Origin: Actinomycetota bacterium
Lineage (GTDB): Bacteria; Actinomycetota; UBA4738; HRBIN12
DNA length: 64,000 nt
Assembly: GCA_035249905.1 (NCBI GenBank)
Contig: DATFFT010000111.1
Span: 12,967 to 76,966, forward strand
Direction of reading: 5' to 3'
Shown: one piece after another, positions 59,518 through 64,000 of the stretch
Layout: every line of letters starts with the position of its first letter
Position numbering within the stretch: the first letter of the stretch is position 1
Program-made: the position numbers and the translations under genes
Notes under the pieces: generated by a model
Seen by the model: only the letters and a program-made list of their open reading frames with translations
What the model was told of the DNA's origin: nothing
The model's database searches: none

Positions 59518-59895
59518 TCAGGGTTGCTGCCAGGTCACCGATCGGATGTGGATGTAGCAGCCGAACGGCACCGTGATGCGCAGCGTGCGGATCGGGCCCA
59601 TCCAACGGTACGAAGCGCAACCCGCCTGGTCGCGCAGGTTCGCCGAGACGGTCGCCGGCCCGACGACCGCACCGACGTCCTTCAGGAAGCGATAGCGCAC
59701 GAACGCCGCGCCCGAGGCACCAACGCCTGCAGTGCATTTGACGTGCAGGTCGGTCCCGTTCTCGGGGTGGACCTCGCATCCGCCGGGGTTCCGGATGCCT
59801 GAGTACTCGGCTCCATCTCGGGTCACGGGACCCGTCGCCAAGGCCGGCGACGCGATCGCGGCGACGAGTGCCAGCGCGAGCATCGTCCTCTTCAT
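59518..59895 (-). CDS. small secreted protein (125 aa, 4 Cys), hypothetical
   Basis: AAGGAGG SD then ATG 59895. Signal peptide MKRTMLALALVAAIASPALA. The track ORF extends spuriously to 60048. Confidence 0.55.
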   Translation of the reverse strand: MKRTMLALALVAAIASPALATGPVTRDGAEYSGIRNPGGCEVHPENGTDLHVKCTAGVGASGAAFVRYRFLKDVGAVVGPATVSANLRDQAGCASYRWMGPIRTLRITVPFGCYIHIRSVTWQQP

Positions 59896-60089
59896 GGATC
59901 CCCTCCTTCGTATGCGTCGTTCCCGGCGAGGAAGCGGTGGGCCCGGGTCACCGAGCAAGAGGGGAAGGCATGGGTCGCCGCGACGCCACGACCCACACGA
60001 CACCGGTCCTTCCGAACGGCGGGTACTGTACTGCGCTCGGTCGACCACCGTCAGGGGGACACTTCGGAGGTGTCATGGCGCCTCATCGA

Positions 60090-61247
60090 TCACCCGGTGT
60101 CGACGAACGCATCGGAGTCGACGTCGGTGGATCCGAGCTCGGGACCCCCTCGATACCGGCTGCCGTCGGCTCGGAACCAACGGATGCGCCCGTCAGCGGC
60201 GCGTTCGATCGTCCAGCCGTGTTCGTGCACGAGCCGATGATGGAAGCCGCAGATGAGCAGCAGGTTGTCGAGGTCGGTGGCGCCACCTCGCGACCACCAC
60301 ACGATGTGGTGGGCGTTCGCGAAGGCGGTGGACCCGCAACCGGGGAACCGGCAACCTCGGTCACGGTGTCGGAGCTGCCGCAGCATCGCCGCCGACGGCT
60401 CGCGCCTCGTGCGTCCGAACGACACGGCGTCGCCGTTGTCGTCGCTCTCGGCGACGACCTGGACGCGCGCGTCGCACGCGAGGCGCTGAAGCGCCTCGGG
60501 CGGCATGACGGCGCCGTGCTCGGCTTCGACGTTGCGCCGCCCCGCCAGTGCCTCGAGCGATGCGTGGACGACGACGGTCGCGCGGTCGGCGTCGGCGTCG
60601 CGCGAGATCCGCTGGGAGCACAGTGCCAGCAGCGCATCAGCTCGGCGCGCCTCGATGAAGGGTCGGTCGTGTTCCGCTGGCATGACCGGGATCTGGTCGA
60701 CGGCCCGCTGGAGCGCCTTGGCGACCACCGCTCCCTGGGCCGAGGGCATGCGTGCCTCGAGGCCGAAGCGACGACCGCCGTCTTCGTACCAGTAGCGGAG
60801 GGATCGGTCGCGCTCGAACTCGGCGGTCTCGTCGTGGGACGCCCTGACCTCGAGGTCGGCGCGTCTGCGGACCGCCGCGCACGTGACCTCGCTCGCCCAT
60901 TCGATCAGCTCACCTTCGGTCTCGGGCGTCGCGAACCGTGTGAGCTCGACCACCTTGTCGATACCGAGCACGCCCGCATCGAGCGCCGCAGCGATGCCGG
61001 GCAGATCCGGGAGCGCCGCCGCCGCCTTGATCCAGCGGTCGGCCTTCCACCACGAGATGCCGTAGCGGATCGAGAGCCAGTGCGGCAGGTCGCGGGCGCC
61101 CGAGTCGCGCCACGCGCCCCGCCGGTCGACCTCTGCGATCACACCGAGCAGCGCAGCCTGCGCCGACGAGATGTGCCGGTTCAGCGCATCGGCGACCTGG
61201 ATCAGCCCATCGTCGTCGAGCTCGGCGCTCTGGAGTGACCCGTACAT
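60090..61247 (-). CDS. DUF222 (13E12-repeat type) HNH endonuclease
   Basis: 385 aa. N-terminal DUF222 region and C-terminal RDRGCRFPGC...AHHIVWWSRGGATDLDNLLLICGFHHRLVH. Confidence 0.9.
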   Translation of the reverse strand: MYGSLQSAELDDDGLIQVADALNRHISSAQAALLGVIAEVDRRGAWRDSGARDLPHWLSIRYGISWWKADRWIKAAAALPDLPGIAAALDAGVLGIDKVVELTRFATPETEGELIEWASEVTCAAVRRRADLEVRASHDETAEFERDRSLRYWYEDGGRRFGLEARMPSAQGAVVAKALQRAVDQIPVMPAEHDRPFIEARRADALLALCSQRISRDADADRATVVVHASLEALAGRRNVEAEHGAVMPPEALQRLACDARVQVVAESDDNGDAVSFGRTRREPSAAMLRQLRHRDRGCRFPGCGSTAFANAHHIVWWSRGGATDLDNLLLICGFHHRLVHEHGWTIERAADGRIRWFRADGSRYRGGPELGSTDVDSDAFVDTG

Positions 61248-61393
61248 GGGTTCGACGCTACGGCGAGGATGCCCTTGGAACCGTGACGCACGTCACATCC
61301 AGAGGCAGATCCGCGGGCACGAGCGGGGTCCGCATCCGGACCACGTAAATGGTCCCGTGGTAGAAGGGAACCGCGAAGCGAGGGAGGCGAACG

Positions 61394-61603
61394 ATGTCGA
61401 AGATGCCGCTCGGCATGGCCGAGGATCCGGAGGCGTTCGAATCTCGGGAGGAAGCCGAGATCGAACATGACCATCACGGGGAGCACGAGCACGAGCACGG
61501 CGACGGTTGCGGGCACGAAGCGGTCCAGCACGGCGACCACGTCGACTACGTGCACGACGGTCATCGGCACCGGTTCCACCTCGGCCACTGGGACGAGCAC
61601 TAG
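61394..61603 (+). CDS. small histidine-rich acidic protein (putative metal-binding)
   Basis: GGGAGG SD lies 6 nt upstream of ATG. 69 aa with 15 His (EHDHHGEHEHEHGDGCGHEAVQHGDHVDYVHDGHRHRFHLGHWDEH). Confidence 0.6.
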   Translation: MSKMPLGMAEDPEAFESREEAEIEHDHHGEHEHEHGDGCGHEAVQHGDHVDYVHDGHRHRFHLGHWDEH

Positions 61604-61671
61604 CCGCGGGGAGCAGCCCCCGGCGAGCGGCGCGGGCCGAGGAACCCGACCCGACGTTCGTCGTCGTGACG

Positions 61672-62046
61672 TCAGGACTCGCGCGGTGCGCGAGCCTTGA
61701 TCGCCGTACGGGCGAGCAAGAGCGCCGCGAACGCGACGAGGGCTGCGCCGATGATGACCTTGTTCGGGTCGACGGCCGGACGCCAATCGACCTCGTCACC
61801 GCGGATCACGTAGGCGCCGGCCGGGCGCGCGTTCAGCCCGAAGCCGCTGCCGCTGCCCTTCCCGCTGCCCTTCTCGTCGCCCTGCGTTCCCTCGCTCGTT
61901 CCTCCACCGCCCCCGCCCTGCACACGAGCGGCCGGGATCACGGTGACGCCGTTCTTCTCGTAGGGGTCGCCGAACACCCGCCGGACGGTCAACGCGTCCT
62001 TCGCCTGCTCGATCGTCTTCTGAACCTCGCTCACGCTCTCCGCCAT
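61672..62046 (-). CDS. GerW/YtfJ-family protein with C-terminal TM anchor
   Basis: VFGDPYEKNGVTVIPAARV, a Gly-rich loop, then GAYVIRGDEVDWRP, resembling Spore_YtfJ. GAGGAGG SD lies upstream of ATG 62046. Confidence 0.7.
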   Translation of the reverse strand: MAESVSEVQKTIEQAKDALTVRRVFGDPYEKNGVTVIPAARVQGGGGGGTSEGTQGDEKGSGKGSGSGFGLNARPAGAYVIRGDEVDWRPAVDPNKVIIGAALVAFAALLLARTAIKARAPRES

Positions 62047-62105
62047 CGTGGGGCCTCCTCGTTCGGCTCGACATCGCCAGCGAACCACAGCCGAGGGATA
62101 GCGTC

Positions 62106-62123
62106 ACGGGCCTCCCGGCCCGT
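62106..62123 (-). terminator. GC-rich hairpin ACGGGCC-TCCC-GGCCCGT downstream of the beta-solenoid gene
   Basis: Perfect 7-bp stem 41 nt past the stop at 62164. No U-tract, so function is uncertain. Confidence 0.3.
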
Positions 62124-62163
62124 CGGGAGCGGGCTCCTCCGATCGAGGGGACCGGCGATCAGG

Positions 62164-62748
62164 TCAGAAGCTGCGGCACTGGTCTTCCTTGTTGCCATCG
62201 ACCCGGTTCCCGCCACCGACCGGGCGCGGCGAGTTCGACTTGCACTGCAGGTTCCCGCCGATGATGTTGCGGAAGATCCGGACGCCGCCGCGGTTCGAGA
62301 ACGCCTGCAGGTCTCCGTCGATCCTGTTGCGGAACGCGACCTGACGGCCGCCGTTCTGCTCGGTCTGCAGGTTCCCGCCGATGATCGCCCTGCGGACGAT
62401 CCCGCGGCCCCCAGACTCGATCTGGATGTCGCCGCCGACCCGGGGCCTCAGAACCCGTGCGCCCGGCTTCCGTGTCTTCACGATCACGGAGGCGTGGTTC
62501 TGCGTCTGGATGTTGCCACCCACCCGGACGCCACGCGCCACGAGCTTGGCCCGCCTCTTGACCTCGACGTTGTCGTCGACGCGGGTGCCGTTGAGTCTGC
62601 AGCGAGCGCCGCGCGGCACGATCACGTTGCCGTCGATGCGCCGGGGTCCGATGGCACCTCGACAGATCCGATCGTCCGCGGACGCCGGAGCACTGACGAG
62701 AACGGACCCGGTCATCACGATGGCGAGCACGAAGACCATACGCTTCAT
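62164..62748 (-). CDS. secreted beta-solenoid-like repeat protein
   Basis: GAGGAGGA SD then ATG 62748. Signal peptide MKRMVFVLAIVMTGSVLVSAPASA. About 8 repeats of about 20 aa with R(V/I)(G/D)G(N/D)(I/L)Q cores. 4 Cys. Confidence 0.65.
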   Translation of the reverse strand: MKRMVFVLAIVMTGSVLVSAPASADDRICRGAIGPRRIDGNVIVPRGARCRLNGTRVDDNVEVKRRAKLVARGVRVGGNIQTQNHASVIVKTRKPGARVLRPRVGGDIQIESGGRGIVRRAIIGGNLQTEQNGGRQVAFRNRIDGDLQAFSNRGGVRIFRNIIGGNLQCKSNSPRPVGGGNRVDGNKEDQCRSF

Positions 62749-62814
62749 CGGGGGGTCCTCCTCGGGACTCGAGATCGTGAGCAAGCTATCAGTCGATCGG
62801 AGAACCGGTCCAGC

Positions 62815-63177
62815 TCATCGCTTCGGCTGCCAGAGCGCGATCTCGCCGCCGGCGGGCGCCAGGAGGACGCTGCGCCAGCCGACGAGGCCTTCCCGTGGCG
62901 GCAGGACGACCGATGCGCCGAGCCTGTGCGCCCGCCTCGTGGCCTCGGTGATGTCGTCGACCTCGACGTAGGGCAGCCAGAGCGGCCGCTCGACGTCGCG
63001 CTCCACGATGCCGCCGGCGATCCGATCGCCGAGCTCGAGAGCCAGATACGAGCGGGGCCCCACCGGGACCGTCTCGGCGCGCCAGCCGAACGAGTCCGTC
63101 AGGAACGCGCGGGCGCGAGCCGCATCCGTCGTCTGCAGCTCGAGGTGCGCGACAGGGTTGATGGCGGATCTCGTCAT
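62815..63177 (-). CDS. VOC-family (glyoxalase/bleomycin-resistance fold) protein
   Basis: 120 aa. HLELQTTD...WLPYVEVDDI...GGEIALWQP pattern. Confidence 0.85.
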   Translation of the reverse strand: MTRSAINPVAHLELQTTDAARARAFLTDSFGWRAETVPVGPRSYLALELGDRIAGGIVERDVERPLWLPYVEVDDITEATRRAHRLGASVVLPPREGLVGWRSVLLAPAGGEIALWQPKR

Positions 63178-63264
63178 AGAGCTATGGGCTTAGACTCGGT
63201 GGGATCCCTCGGACTGATCGGCCACCGATGAGTTCGCCTCGCTCCGTGAGTCGGATCTGGTGAG

Positions 63265-64000
63265 ATGGCGGTGACTTCGACGATCCAGGAGCCGGAACTG
63301 CTGGCTGCGGCTCGTGGCGGCGATGAGGAGGCGTTTCGGCGCCTCGTCGCCCCGTATAGAGCGCAGCTCCATGCCCACTGCTACCGGATGCTCGGCTCGC
63401 TCCACGACGCCGAAGACGTGCTCCAGGACGCCATGCTCCGAACGTGGCGGGGCTTGCCGGGCTTCGACGGTCGGAGCGCGTTCCGCACGTGGTTGTATCG
63501 GATCGCGACCAACGTCTGCCTCGACGTCATCCGCCGGCGGCCGAAGCGGGTGCTGCCGATCGACTATGAACGACCCTCTACCTCCGAGACGGACATAGGG
63601 TCCGATGCCACGCAGGTCATGGACCGCTGGATCGATCCTTACCCCGACGAGGAGCTCGAGCTCGAGGACGGATACGCCGTCCCGGAGGCCCGGTACGAGC
63701 AACGCGAGGCCGTGGAGCTCGCGTTCGTCGCCGCGCTCCAACATCTGCCACCGCGTCAGCGCGCGGTCCTGATCTTGCGGGAGGTGCTCGCCTTCTCCGC
63801 CGCGGAGGTGGCCGAGGCGCTCGGGTCGACGGAGGCCTCGGTGAACAGCGCCCTCCAGCGCGCCCGCAGGGCCGTCGAGAAGCGGATCCCCGATCGGAGC
63901 CAGCAGGCGACGGCGCGCTCGCTCGGCGACGAGCAGGTTCAGGGGCTCGTGGAACGTTTCAGCGATGCCCTGCAGCGTGGAGACACGGCCGGCATCCTCG
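63265..64000 (+). CDS. ECF-type sigma-70 family sigma factor (long C-terminal extension type), 3' end outside window
   Basis: Own translation from ATG 63265: region 2 DAEDVLQDAMLRTWRGL...RTWLYRIATNVCLD, region 4 RQRAVLILREVLAFSAAEVAEALGSTEASVNSALQRARR. Continues past 64000. Confidence 0.85.
   Translation, partial: MAVTSTIQEPELLAAARGGDEEAFRRLVAPYRAQLHAHCYRMLGSLHDAEDVLQDAMLRTWRGLPGFDGRSAFRTWLYRIATNVCLDVIRRRPKRVLPIDYERPSTSETDIGSDATQVMDRWIDPYPDEELELEDGYAVPEARYEQREAVELAFVAALQHLPPRQRAVLILREVLAFSAAEVAEALGSTEASVNSALQRARRAVEKRIPDRSQQATARSLGDEQVQGLVERFSDALQRGDTAGIL

Overview
High-GC (about 70%) actinobacterial chromosomal segment. Taxon markers are WhiB, F420/deazaflavin-type enzymes, a mycothiol-type DinB/MDMPI protein and a DUF222-HNH protein. 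It is densely packed with about 70 credible genes, and most is core metabolism. Left part: a cell-envelope sugar block (GT4 glycosyltransferase, WhiB, GHMP heptose kinase-like, GmhA), a thiolase, an aquaporin, KorAB 2-oxoglutarate:ferredoxin oxidoreductase and MetH. Middle: a complete sufBD-Rieske-sufCSU operon plus other Fe-S/sulfur-trafficking genes (second cysteine desulfurase, ErpA, rhodanese, SufT/DUF59). Then a lipoate-centred block (gcvT, lpdA, E1alpha/E1beta/E2, lipB, a second E1alpha/beta pair, lipA). An RNase P RNA gene (about 52706-53096, minus strand) is hidden under spurious ORFs. I saw no CRISPR array, tRNA, rRNA, transposase or integrase, and no convincing complete novel multi-gene system. 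The items most worth follow-up: (1) a 298-nt leader upstream of the thiosulfate sulfurtransferase gene, carrying an SD-led 23-codon Cys-Cys sORF and a terminator-like hairpin (candidate cysteine-responsive attenuator); (2) a CsoR-family repressor with canonical Cu(I) C-H-C spacing and a G-tract palindromic operator, but with a thioredoxin-TPR/methyltransferase operon instead of copper-efflux genes; (3) an LLM oxidoreductase ORF with no stop codon before it runs antisense through gmhA; (4) an accessory-looking right end (58.6-63.2 kb) with a Pro16 membrane protein, a 22%-His peptide, a secreted beta-solenoid repeat protein, a DUF222-HNH gene and an ECF sigma factor; (5) a tightly coupled five-gene operon of a stand-alone receiver plus small unknown proteins. 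Many long ORFs in the six-frame track are antisense shadow ORFs typical of high-GC DNA, and I rejected them.
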